Assembly: GCA_044892505.1 (NCBI GenBank)
Contig: CM097882.1
Location: 138,136,001-138,200,000 of the forward strand
DNA length: 64,000 nucleotides
Direction: 5' to 3'
DNA from: Schmidtea nova
Lineage: Eukaryota
The notes under the pieces were generated by a model. The model did not search any database. It had not been told where the DNA came from and saw only the letters and a list, made by a program, of their open reading frames with translations. Every line of letters starts with the position of its first letter. The stretch's first letter is position 1. Below, in pieces: positions 42,090 to 54,124 of this stretch. Position numbers and translations under genes: made by a program.

Positions 42090-43671
42090 AACTGATAAAT
42101 TACATTCACTTTATGTATGATCCACGTACAATTAACAATAATATGACTTTGTGCTTACGTATAAAATCTATCACCTTATGTGATTCTATGTGTACATGTA
42201 AATTGACATTTATCTGCTTAATTTTTATGTATGATGATATAGGTGTAAATGTATAATTAATTGCTGGACGCAATTTTAGGGGTCCCCGAGTGATGTTGGG
42301 CCAGCCAAATAGAGGGAACAGTGAAATAAAAGTAGATTAATTAAAACAAAAAAGAGAAAAATAAGGTAAAAAGGGGAATATTTATTTATTAAAAGAAAGG
42401 AATAATATAGTAAAAATATAGATAAACTAAGTACAAGCTATAAATAAAAATAAATGAATTGCTAGATATTAACGGGCCCAGGAGACATCTAAAAACAAAT
42501 AAAATACAAATAATAATAATTAAAACCAAATAAAAGTACTTGTTATTGAATAATTGTTTTTGAAACCCGGACCTCCAAGGAAGAATACAATCTAAAAAAT
42601 AAAAATTAATTAGAATCAAAAACAATAATTAAAAACCACCATGAAGCTGGCCGAACCTGATTGGTCGGTCTAGACACGACTGATCAGTATAAATACTGAT
42701 CAGATTTTTCATAAAAAGAGAATAGAGACGTTGTTAGACTGTGTAAAAACTTAGACTTTGTTAGAATATAGATTTTAGACTTGTGACTTTGTTTGAGACA
42801 AAAATTTAGACTTGTGTTCAGACTAAAAATTTACATTAGATTGCACATTGCCCCGACGACGATCACCGTTTAGACCGATTTTGATCAATAAATTTTCAGA
42901 ATTCAATTGAGGTATTCTTGGTATATTTACGTTTATTGTTTGATATCGTTGTATTCATATGTCATTATCATATTATAATTTATTAGTTATCTCATTATGA
43001 TTTATGTTATATTTAAACTATTTAAACTATCATATTAATCTTGCGCCGTTGGGAGCTTTAGGTTCCCAAGGTGTCCGTCCGTGGCGTGGTGCTCGAGGGC
43101 TCCACACACGGTAAAGTAATAAATAACAAAACATAATTTTATTAGTGATGGTTGAGATTTGCACATGGGACACCCAACAAATCCGGGGAATTATTTTCTG
43201 ATCGTTTTGGCTACGGAGGGGACGATAATTTTTTGATAAAGCTTAAAGATATGAAAGAATTTGTTAACCGGGAGGAGGCACAATTTTTCACCCTCACCAC
43301 AGCGCAGCTGTTTAATAAACGTCTAATAAACCTTAGGAAAATTATGTCGACCGCATTTGATACAAAAGAGCGTTTTCGAATAAGCTAGGGATACATGACG
43401 TGAGAGAGCTTCCGTTTTGAGGTATCAATATTTTGAAAATCCAAGCAGACAAATCACCAATTCTTCGACTATAAAATTGATCGTAAACAGATAAATCTAA
43501 GTAGATACGAGAGTAATGTATACCGTAACAAGCAACAGTTTTTTCTTGATTTCAGCTAAGGTCTAAGGGGAAGGCAAATAATAAGGGTATCACGATGAGA
43601 GATAACATTTACTATGATTAATTATTGATGTAAATTGTAACTATTATCAAATTCAGCATCGTTTTGGAATC

Positions 43672-44139
43672 ATGACTAAGCATAGATACACTATCAAAAA
43701 ACGACAAGAACGAGCCCGAGTTAGCCCATTAAAGCCGGCTCCTTTCGAGATTTTACAGCAAATCCATCAAAAAATGTGGGCATGGCGCCGAGAGCTTGAA
43801 ACCGCCTGTCCATTTACATTATGGGACCATCCACGGCACCACGTATGGTACCGGGGATGCGCTAGTTGGCCAATTATTCCAGACGAGGAATGCGAATCAT
43901 GGCACGCCGCCTGGTTCGTCCTGATGTTGGATAAGGGAGGATTCCCGAAATGTGTGATATATTGGGGGTTCATTCCAGCCTCTACCTTCAAGGAATTGGG
44001 GTTCAAGTTCAATACCGCAATACGACCCCTTCGAGAAGCTGAGAGGATCCGTTTTCAGCAGGCCTCGTCCAATATCAACACAAATTTGCAAATCAGATCG
44101 ATATTTTCATATCGAGGAAAAATGACCGAAGATGAATAG
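43672..44139 (+). CDS. Second copy of LTR-encoded 155-aa protein
   Basis: Identical to 18440..18907. Confidence 0.6.
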   Translation: MTKHRYTIKKRQERARVSPLKPAPFEILQQIHQKMWAWRRELETACPFTLWDHPRHHVWYRGCASWPIIPDEECESWHAAWFVLMLDKGGFPKCVIYWGFIPASTFKELGFKFNTAIRPLREAERIRFQQASSNINTNLQIRSIFSYRGKMTEDE

Positions 44140-44460
44140 TTGAATCAATGGCCACATGTTTTTTTTAATTTAATAAATGTTTTAAAAAAGGTCTGAAGTG
44201 TCTCATTTTGTTAATAGTGTTGTCATGTAGATTTAGTATTCTAGTTGTTATAGTCATTAGGAAATTCATTTAATAATCTCAAACTAGTTCAATAAATCCT
44301 TTGAGCCTTCAATAAATAGATAGTTAATTAATTTTGCAACAAACTTAATAATTAAAAACATTAGTATGCATCTCGTTTAATGATAGTAAATAATAGACTA
44401 AATAAAATAACATTGTTGACAGGTCCTCCAGCGAATTTATCGTTATAATATTCAGACAAC

Positions 44461-45045
44461 ATGCCGACTTCAGAAAATTCCAAGAAAATCATGGGACAAA
44501 TCCAAGAGAGGAAGTTGAGGGACCAGCAGCGTCAGATCAAGCGACTCACGGTCGCCAATGATGAATTGAGAGCGAAGTGGTTCTCACCCGAACAAATGAA
44601 GGACCAGTCGAAAAAACTTGAGCGAATGCAGGAAGCACTGGCCACAACCAAATTGGAACTAGATGCCGTCCAGCGAGAACTCCGAAATTGCCTAAACGCA
44701 GTAACAAGAAGTTACATCGACTCCGAATTACGAGCGCTAATCCGGCCGATCACGGCTCAGCGCTGGATACAATGCACTCACCAAGATGTCGCTTGCGGGA
44801 CGGAAGAGGGAATCATCATGGCCCCCTCTCTTACAACGGAAGATTTGCCTATTTTTCTCAGTGATCCCCCGAGAACAATAGCGCCAGCACCGGTCATAAA
44901 CCAACAGCTTCGAAAACACCGAATGGGATCGCGACAGCGTCGTCGTCGCCGAGAATTTGCAAAGCGCCTGGACGAACAAATCCACCACTTGAACTCCTTA
45001 ACCGAAGCGGAGTTGATTCAGGAGATTAGTCTGGAATTCGCTTAG
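44461..45045 (+). CDS. Second copy of LTR-encoded 194-aa Arg-rich coiled-coil protein
   Basis: Identical to 19229..19813. Confidence 0.65.
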   Translation: MPTSENSKKIMGQIQERKLRDQQRQIKRLTVANDELRAKWFSPEQMKDQSKKLERMQEALATTKLELDAVQRELRNCLNAVTRSYIDSELRALIRPITAQRWIQCTHQDVACGTEEGIIMAPSLTTEDLPIFLSDPPRTIAPAPVINQQLRKHRMGSRQRRRRREFAKRLDEQIHHLNSLTEAELIQEISLEFA

Positions 45046-45684
45046 GAAAACATCCATGTAAAATAACAACCTGTTTTTAGTATTTTAATAAAAGTATTTC
45101 TGTGTAAATTTTGTCTCTCATCGGGTGATGTTACTAAATGAAATAAAATAACAAAAATGAAATCATCGAAATAAAAAAATATCGCCCCGAAATTTTCTCA
45201 AACCGACCGTTTATACGCAGGGACTGATTAATTACATTGTAGATCAATTAAGGAAAGTCGTTAAGAAAGGCGTGTGATAGAGCATAAGGATATGTAGTAC
45301 AAAATTTAGTAGAGCGAACATCCATAGAATGAAAATGCGTAAGACCTTCTATCGGCAGCAAGGACCCGAGGGAAGATAAATGGGGAGTAGTTTTGGCAAC
45401 AAAGCTCACCTGCCCATCATTTTTCCCCCACCGTATGCAGTACCAACTTGACTAGTAGGGAATAGTCAAGGGCATACGCGTGTAGTAGTCATGTTATGTA
45501 TGGTTATGGGCGTGGAATCCCTAGTATACATATTCATCAATAGTCGTTCAATTAATGATTAACTATTTATTTGAATTACTTAAAACCCACCCATAACCCC
45601 AGCATTATTTATCTGTAATGGTTTATCAATTTGCGTTTGATATGCACACAAAGGATACACAGCAGTGTAAGGATAAAGTCCGAT

Positions 45685-46258
45685 CAGGGGCGCTCCAAGC
45701 GGGCGTGCAGCGCGTGCGTTGCACTCAGGCGGCAGTTTGAAAGGGCGGCAAATTTAAAATAAAAACCATTTGCAAAAAAAATTTCATTTTGTAAAATAAA
45801 ACAAAATTACGAATATTTTGTCATTGAACGCACTCCAGCTTTATTTTCATATATCTGTCATTATCTTGTCAAAGTCATTTAGTGTTTTAATTTTTGAACC
45901 AAATCAACATTTCAAGTTTTAAAATTTATAAAAATCAATAAGAGATTTTTATATAAAAAATTAGAGATATACATTACAATTTGTTAGATTAGAAAGCAGG
46001 ATTATATTATAGAATTTGGTAAGTATAACTACATGTTTTCTATATCTTTGTTAACCAATATTGTTATGATGTACGTTATATATTTATTATTTGTATGATT
46101 TGCATGTGATATGTGTGTTATTCCATAGTTAGTTAATTTTTACTTTAATTAAAATGTTATTTTTATTTTGGATAATAGAAAGTTTTTTTAAAGAAAGGAC
46201 GGGGAGCGGCAGGAAACTATTTTGCACGCAGGCGGCCCAACAGCTCGGCGCGCCTCTG
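45685..46258. mobile_element. hAT-type MITE (574 bp)
   Basis: Imperfect TIRs CAGGGGCGCTCCAAGC / CAGAGGCGCGCCGAGC; perfect 8-bp TSD AGTCCGAT at 45677-45684 and 46259-46266. Confidence 0.9.
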
Positions 46259-46901
46259 AGTCCGATCATCTTTGCTGCAGTTAGCACACTGCTCGAGACT
46301 GTTTATATGGATTAAAGGTGAAATTGACAAAAATATAATTAAAATAATAAAGCACAAATGGTACTCAACTAATATTATGATAAAATGTTACAAACCTTTG
46401 TAAAGATTTCTCTAAATTAAAACTGTTTCTAAACGACATTAATTACTTACTTAGTGGCAATGATGCATTTGCTTTACAGACTCCATTAACCATTGAAAAT
46501 TAAGCTTAATATTTGATAATTGAATTATAATTTCTCGTTATGCGTCCAATTTGCGGCGATATCTTGTTTTTTGTTTGGATTCAAAATTGTAAGTGGCTGC
46601 TACTGGGAAAGGTTAAAGCATTCCCATTTTAGTTAATTTTGGATACTCATCAAATACACTTCCCAAAAAGTTGCCAATCGAAATCTCATCAATCATGACT
46701 TTTAATTTTTAATTTGAAGAAATTTATATTAAATATAATGTCAGAGTGTAATGCAGACATTAAGTCGACCATGGAACTATTATCTATTATGGATCAGTGA
46801 CATCATGAGAGTTTCCAAATGGTTACCAGAATGAAGGCAATCTGGCACTTTAGCTGCTTTTAGGAGAAACCCAAATCAGGATGACTTTGGCATTAAAGCT
46901 T

Positions 46902-46904
<3 letters not shown>

Positions 46905-46987
<83 letters not shown>

Positions 46988-47201
46988 CATAATTATCTTT
47001 TTTCACCTTTGATCTTTTTTTATTATTATTATCAATAATTCTCATAATGACTATAGATCAACATTTTTTTTTATAAATAATAACACAATATTTCGGCACA
47101 GCCTTTATCAAGTGTGTATTTGATAAAGGCTGTGCCGAAATATTGTGTTATTGTTTATAAAAAAAAAATTTTGATCTATAGTCATTATGAGAATTATTGA
47201 T

Positions 47202-47276
<75 letters not shown>
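46905..47276. repeat. ~185-bp palindrome (47024-47208) embedded between two long (TA)n tracts
   Basis: Arms ~88 bp, 8-nt loop GTGTGTAT at 47112-47119; (TA)n at ~46905-46983 and ~47207-47276. Confidence 0.9.
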
Positions 47277-47277
<1 letters not shown>

Positions 47278-47699
47278 CTGATGCTACTTAAAGATTAGGC
47301 CATGTTTTCTTGGATAAATTAAAATAAAATTTATATTTGCTTCAAGCCACCTCTCGTGGACTGACTTTCATCATTCTTATATATTAGTTGAATATGTAAG
47401 ATCTTACAGATAATTTGTAAATTTGCAAATATGGCGTATGAACATCATATTCTACTTTACGCCCTAATAGTTTAACTCAGAAACTGTTTTCAAGTCACCC
47501 AACTTGAAAGAACGCAAAGATTTTGAACCAAAAAAAATATTTAATAAAGTCGTTTCAACTTTGACTAATACTTACCTGGCGTGAAGAGTAATCTTGATGA
47601 GAGTCAAAAGGGTATACAAAAAGCACAAAAACTATGTGCAAATCAATAAAAACATAAAAATTAATAATTAAAATGCAGGAATTAATTAAAATTTGAAAA

Positions 47700-49470
47700 A
47701 TAAAAAAGATTTAGCGGGATAAACTGGTATGGGAGGATGTTAAATGAGAAGACGAATTCAAATATGGAAATATAAAAATATAAAGGGGACTCTAAAAGAA
47801 ATATAAAAAACAAATTAATTAAAGAAGTTAATTATCTAATGGAAACCCCAAGCTAATTAGAATGCCGAGCTAATGGGAAACCCGAGTGGTATGGAAACCC
47901 AAGCCATCAACAAAATTATTAAATTACTAGGGGAAATTGAGTCATCTAGAGACAGCCCGGGTGAGCAGCACTTAAGACAATTAGCCATAACAAAATTAAT
48001 TAACGAAAACCAAGAGAAGATTAAAAGACCCGAGTGCTAAAGGGAGCCCAAAACAAAATAATTTGGGTTTAGGCCAAATTGAAGTAAGAAGCGCTGACGA
48101 GTAATACAATCAAACAGGAGATTTACTCAATTAAAGGAACAGTATAAAAAAGAGAAACGAATCTAATGTTCACGTCAGTTGGTTGAAGAAAGAAATAACA
48201 AATCTAAAACTATTTAAAAAATTACTAAAGAGAAAAAGGGCGAAGTTTTAAAGTTTACAGAAAATTATAATTTGTGTCAAATTAATTGTTTGCGCATCAG
48301 AAAAGGGGATTTCTCATTGTAAGACCTACTTTTAACGCTTGAAGAGTGCAGATAACTATGTAACTGCAATTGCATGGTGAAATTTGAAAATAAAGATTAT
48401 TGTGTTGGGTGTTGTTAATTTGTTTCTAAAGAAAGGGTACAAGGAGTCAGACAGTAACCGATTATTTAATTATAACTGTTTGGGTTTGGCAGAAGTGACT
48501 CAAAATTAAAGTGAAAATTTTAAAAATTAAGTAAAAATTAATTAAAATACAAAAACATTAATTAAAAAATTAAGAAAATTGAAAATTGAAAATCAACATA
48601 TGGTGGGGGAAATTGGTATGGGTGTATGCCGATTGATGAGACGAATTCAAATATATAAAAATAAAATCGATGGGGGTACCCAGAAAGAAATAATTAAAAA
48701 ATTAAAATATTAATTAAGAATTATTTAAAATACAAAAACATTAATTAAAAAATTAAGAAAATTGAAAATCAACATATGGGGGGAATTGGTATGGGTGTAT
48801 GCCAATTGATGAGACGAATTCAAATATATAAAAATAAAATAGATGGGGGTTCCCAGAAAGAAATAATTAAAATATTAAAATAATAATTAAGAATTAATTA
48901 GCTAACCGAAAGCCCGAGCTAACGTAAAACCCGAGCCAATGGAGAACCCGAGCAATGAGGAAAACCCGAGGTGACAAGTTAATTGCCTTGAAAATTAATA
49001 TTCCCGGTAGAAGGCAAATGGCAATTAGCATCTAAATTGTCTCAGAATGTAAATTGGAATTTCGAGATTAAAAATTGATGGTAATGGCCTTTAACGGGCA
49101 ATTTACATTTGAACGAAAGAAAACATATAAATCAACTCTCAAAATTTTATATAAAAAGAAAGGCAAGATCAGCAAAGGTTCTAGTTACGGTCGAAGCGTG
49201 AAAAGCAAAAAGAACGACTAGGTCAGTGATACTCTAATTTAAAATCATTTGTTAGCACGTGCACCAGAAAGGGACATCTGCCATTGGGAGATATATCCCT
49301 GTGCCTTTGCGAAAAGACTGAAAAGCAGTTAAATAATTTGTAAAGACAATTGTGCATTAGATTGATTATTAATAAAGGTTACTGTGTTGGGTCTTGTTCA
49401 TTGATTTTAATAAGAACACTGAGGAGTCAGATAAACACCGACTTAACCAATAAATACCCAACATAACCCA
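47700..49470. repeat. Diverged tandem ~0.9-1-kb units (LTR- or leader-like) with an internal ~180-bp duplication
   Basis: Shared blocks GGTATGGG...GACGAATTCAAATAT (47720s, 48610s, 48780s), AACCCGAG clusters, and TGTGTTGGGT...GGAGTCAGA (48400s, 49380s). Confidence 0.55.
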
Positions 49471-50620
49471 ACAGCTCGAACCTAGTCTGTTATTGGGGTT
49501 TTGCACTTTTATATGAAAGCTTTACTTTTTATTAATTGTTTTTTTAAAAAACAGTTTTCCCTCAAATATATTTTACAGGTAACTGCTTACCATTGTTGTT
49601 ACACTTCCTTCATTTCATATTTAAAGCATCATGTCTGTAGTGAGTTTAATCGCTTTAGAAAGTTAAGATAAACTTTGATTCAAAGTTTCAACATTAAAAG
49701 ACTTATCATAATCAATTTGAACGACAGACTGTAAAATCTTTAACAAACCATAATTAGTAGTCAAGAAATTTGGAAGATTGATGTAATCCGGGTCCTATAT
49801 TATCAGGTTTATATTATAGGATTAAATATTCTTAATAAAGTTATTATAATTGTAAATTTGCAAAATATAAGAGTTTTATTTAATCTTTCAATTAAATTTA
49901 ATTAAATTAAGTAGAAGTTCATAAAAAGTAATTTGTTATAAATTCCTAATTTCTAATTGAAATGCAATACTAAAAGTTGCTCATATTTATTAATGCGTCA
50001 TTATTTCGCTTCATTAGCGTTTATTAATTGTATCTTTACAACGGCTTTAAGGTAGATCCTAAGCAGCCCTGAATGCTGTTGTGATTCTCATAGATTTTTA
50101 CTTTTATAATTTGATATTTATTGTAAGCAAATTAATAAATGCAATCTCTAATTTTCTTTCGTGATTTATTAGAAAAATATCAATTGTTTTATAAATTTGT
50201 TTTTTTAATGTTATCAACTAATATCAAAAATCTTTGACTTCCGAATCTAGATTTAATCTTTGAGAATAAAAAATTAAAATTTATCAACGATTTATTTTGT
50301 CAAACTAATTAATGGTATAGCTGGTAGTATTTGGAAACATCCTTTAAAATACGCACTTTCTAGTGATTAATGTTGAGCATCTTCAGACCATAAAGTCGCT
50401 CTTGGCTCATTATTTATTGAAAATAATATTTTTTTTTAAAAACATGATTGATTTCTTTTTCAAACTGTTATATCGTTTGTATAAAATTTTGGTGCCCAAA
50501 CTTGGGCGCCCGCAAAAAAATCTCTATGGGGGGGCAAAATATTTTTAGTAATGTTTTAATGTAGTTTTAATTTACTGTAGCGTATTTGTATGGTGAATGA
50601 ACAGACAGAACACTGTAGTA

Positions 50621-51904
50621 CGTAGTGCGGTCAAAATGTTTCTGGCCTCCCCAGAAAAAAGTAAAAGCAAGAAACCACAACTATATTTTTATCAACACCA
50701 AAACCATTTCTTCTCGAACCAATTACCTCCGACATCGACACACTTCTGCCAACGACCAGGGAGGGCTTCGAATGCCCCATGGTAAAATGAGGGTGGAAGC
50801 TGGTCAAAAATCCGATTTACAGCCTCCTCTAAATCGCCTGCATCCATGAAATACTGTCCCCGCAGTTGCTTCTTCAATTCCGTAAATAGGCAGTAATCTG
50901 AGGGAGCCAAATCAGGGCTGTATGGAGGGTGGCTAATGATCTTGAAGCCACAGTCATTGAGTTTTTCTTGGGTAATGCGGCTGGTGTGAACTGGCGCATT
51001 GTCATGTTGAAACCAGTGAGACAGACCATATGGTTTTTGGCACTTTCTACGAACTTGCTCAACGAGATTACCGTAATATTCTCCGCTGATTGTCCATCCC
51101 TTCTCAAGAAAGTCGGTGAGGATCACTCCCTTATGACTCCAAAACACAGTCAACATGAGGTCCCTTCTGTGCAACATTCCGGAACGAGACTTCCAAACTT
51201 TTCCTTCTTCCGGCTTTTTCCATTCCATAGACTCCGGCTTTGATTCAGGCTGATGTAGGGGCAACGGTGTCTCATCAACAGTGAGGATGTTTTGGATAAA
51301 TCTTTCTCCATACTTGCGGTAAATGGCGAGGTTCATGAGACACGCATTCTTTTGGTTATTGCACATCTCAGTTGTCAAAAAGCGAGACACCAGCTTGTTG
51401 AAGTTAAGGTCTTTCAATAATTGCACTACGGTGCCATGTGATATTTGTAGGGATTCTTCCAGCTGCCTGGTAGTTATACAGCGATCTTCCAGTACCATTT
51501 TCTCCAATTTTTCCTTCACATCTTCATTTCTCGAAGTCGTTGGTCGACCCTCTCGTTCCTCATCTGACACTTTGCCGACCCCTTTTGAATTCAGCAATAT
51601 AAAACTTGATGGTAGACTGAGACAGACACTTTTCGCCATAGGCTCGATTCAGATTTGCTATGATTTCCTGGTTGGTTTGGCCGAGAAGAACACAAAAGCG
51701 AATAGCACAGCGATACTCAATTTTTTCCAGCGAATGCACTTGCAACGACATTTCTATCTGCAACAGATAAAGTAAATGGATTAGGTCAATAAGATTTTCA
51801 ACATGAAATTGTCAATAAATTTCCAATAAAATAAACTTATTTCCATTAAAAAATCAATTTGTTAAGTAGGGTAGGCCGGAAACTTTTTTTATTTTGACCG
51901 CACG
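50621..51904 (-). mobile_element. Mariner (DD34D) DNA transposon, 1284 bp, frameshifted transposase
   Basis: TA TSDs; TIRs CGT(A)GTGCGGTCAAAA..GTT(C/T)(C/T)GGCC; VDET / HDNAP-34aa-PSD and HPPYSPDLAPSDY; HTH N-terminus in another frame (51560-51763). Confidence 0.9.
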
Positions 51905-52021
51905 TAATGAAGGGCATAGTGTAGCAACAAATTTTTTATTAACACAATATATGTATATAACAAAAAATATTACAACATAAATTTAAAATAAAATTTATTC
52001 TTTAAACAAGAACTGGAGTCA

Positions 52022-52810
52022 TCAGTTATCGCTACCAAACATATCTACAATTTGTTCATAAAGTCTTTTTTGTTGTAGTTCACTTTGTCTCTGTACGCTT
52101 AACATGCACAATCCAGACAGACGTTCATCTGACATTGTAGATCTAAGCCATGTTTTTACACGACGTAATGTGCTGAAGGATCGCTCCATCGTACATGTTT
52201 TTGCTGGTAATGTTAGAAAAACTAGTAAGGTATACCTGACACTCGGATAAAATTTTGTCAAAGGTAACAAGTCGATGAAATCTTGGCTACTTTTGTATTC
52301 TCAAGGCTTCAATTTCAAAATTATCAATGTGGTATACATGATTAATAGTAGACATTATATACTTAAACTGTTGACGATTCAGTTTGCACATTTTCGAAGG
52401 ATGTAGCAACACTAAGTTAAATTGTGCACTGTTGGCTTCACAAAATCGACTCTACATTGAGTTAATTAAAGTATCTAAGTATGGAATGTAAACTGTTTGT
52501 CTGAAGTACTCTTCAACACTTATGGTTCCGGATTACTTCGATGCTTTTGTCTTCCACACTTTCTTGGGATAATAAGTTCAATATCCACTTTCTGTGCGAG
52601 TTGTACTGTTTTCTCAAAAATACCCCTGAAATCTTTATCGGAATCACCTCGGTGAAGCTTTACTACACTGAGCTTGTTTTTAACTTGCAGTTGGGCTTCT
52701 GGAAGATCAACTTGAACAGCTTGAAGAGCCTGAGTAACTGGTTCCAGCATGGCAGAGTACTGCAGAATAATATTAGGACAAAACAAAACATGCTTGACTT
52801 TGATGAACAA
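52022..52810 (-). pseudogene. hAT transposase C-terminal/dimerisation-domain remnant; probable element end at ~50500 with the mariner nested inside
   Basis: LTLPAKTCTMERSFSTLRRVKTWLRSTMSDERLSGLCMLSV; hAT-terminus-like GGGCGCCCGCAAAAAAA...GGGGGGCAA at ~50504-50537. Confidence 0.75.
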
Positions 52811-54124
52811 TATAACTGATGTTGAGGTTCCCAGAATCTCAACTTGGTATCTTATATAAATAAATAAGATAACACTGGTTAAAAGATTTTATTCAAATAC
52901 AACAAATACAAATTACCTAAAAAATTATTACAGATTCACAATGTTGTTCCTTTAATGTGTAAATATATATATATATATATATATATTAGTATCTTGTTAG
53001 GTAGAAATGTTATGTGAGGGAAATATGTAAGGGCCCAAAAGAGTCTCCCAAAGAAAAATTGAATTGTGGGGACAATTGGGGTGCGTGATATATATATATA
53101 TATTTTGCGTGATAGTTCTACAATTAAATATAACAAATTATAAAAAAAACAATAGAATGAACAGAACTATTAATCAAGTTATCAAATTTTATTAAAAGTT
53201 AAACAATAAAGAAAAAAACCACGAACTATTACTTTGATTTTTTTTTTGAGTGTGGGATAATACTGTTATTGGATAATAATTGTTTATGGCGGCGAAGTGC
53301 TGTCCGAATGAGGATTGTGGACTAGAGATCGTTTCTTTTATTTCTATTCTTTGTAAAGATCTTTTGGATTTGTTAGATTTTCAAGCGGGATAATACTGTT
53401 TATGTATATTAATGGTTTATGAATAATAATGGTTTCTGTAGGCGAAATGCAGTCCAAATGAGGATGGTGGACTAGAAAGTATTTCTTTTGTTACTATTCT
53501 TCGTAAAGATCTTTGGTATTTGTTCGATTTTCAAGCGGGATAATACTGTTTATGGATAACAATGGTTTATTTTCCTTGGTTTTGCAGATTAGGGAATTAT
53601 TAGGAATTAATCTTAGGACTTAATTTTAGTAGCTTCTTTTTCGATTGATTCTTTTTCTTCCTTGGTAATAATTTTTTTATTGATTTTTTTTAATTTCAAT
53701 TTTTAATTTTTAATTCTATTTTAATTATAAGGTTGATAATAATAATAATTATAATAATGAGATTAAAATCAATTGTCCAATACCCGACCAAATGGGGGGG
53801 GGCCTCCGCACTCCATACGCTACCCAAAATCGCAACAATTACTCTAACAATAAAAATACCCATAAAAAAAACATAATTACAATAAACCTTTGAGTACAAC
53901 ACACAACTTCCCCCTTTAAAACCGGAGGTTAACAAACATACCGAAAAATTTACAGATTAACAATGTTGACGACTTATTTTTGTTTTGTTTTGTTTTTTTT
54001 TTTTTTTTGTTTTATTTTGTTGTTTATAATGTTTTAACCGTAACATTTACATATTTACAAAAGACTAAAAACTGTACATTTAGCTATGTTGTGCCTGTGT
54101 TTGCTTGTGTATGTTTATGTATTT

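Larger units (their letters stand above)
16163..45604 (+). mobile_element. Giant (~29 kb) Ty3/Gypsy LTR retroelement with env-like glycoprotein and many accessory genes (Burro-like in scale)
   Basis: 4210-bp direct repeats at constant offset 25232, PBS after the left repeat, Gag with CCHC knuckles, and PR-RT-RH-IN in Gypsy order. Confidence 0.95.
41395..45604 (+). repeat. Right long direct repeat (contains 3' LTR; candidate true LTR 42262-45604)
   Basis: Matches 16163-20372 and ends ...ACCCCAGCA. Confidence 0.9.

Noticed and set aside
47120-47160. Hammerhead-like TTGATAA-AGGC-TGT-GCC-GAAA in the palindrome arm
   Set aside because: The catalytic core deviates from CUGANGA at two positions and no convincing stem I could be formed; an Infernal search would settle it.
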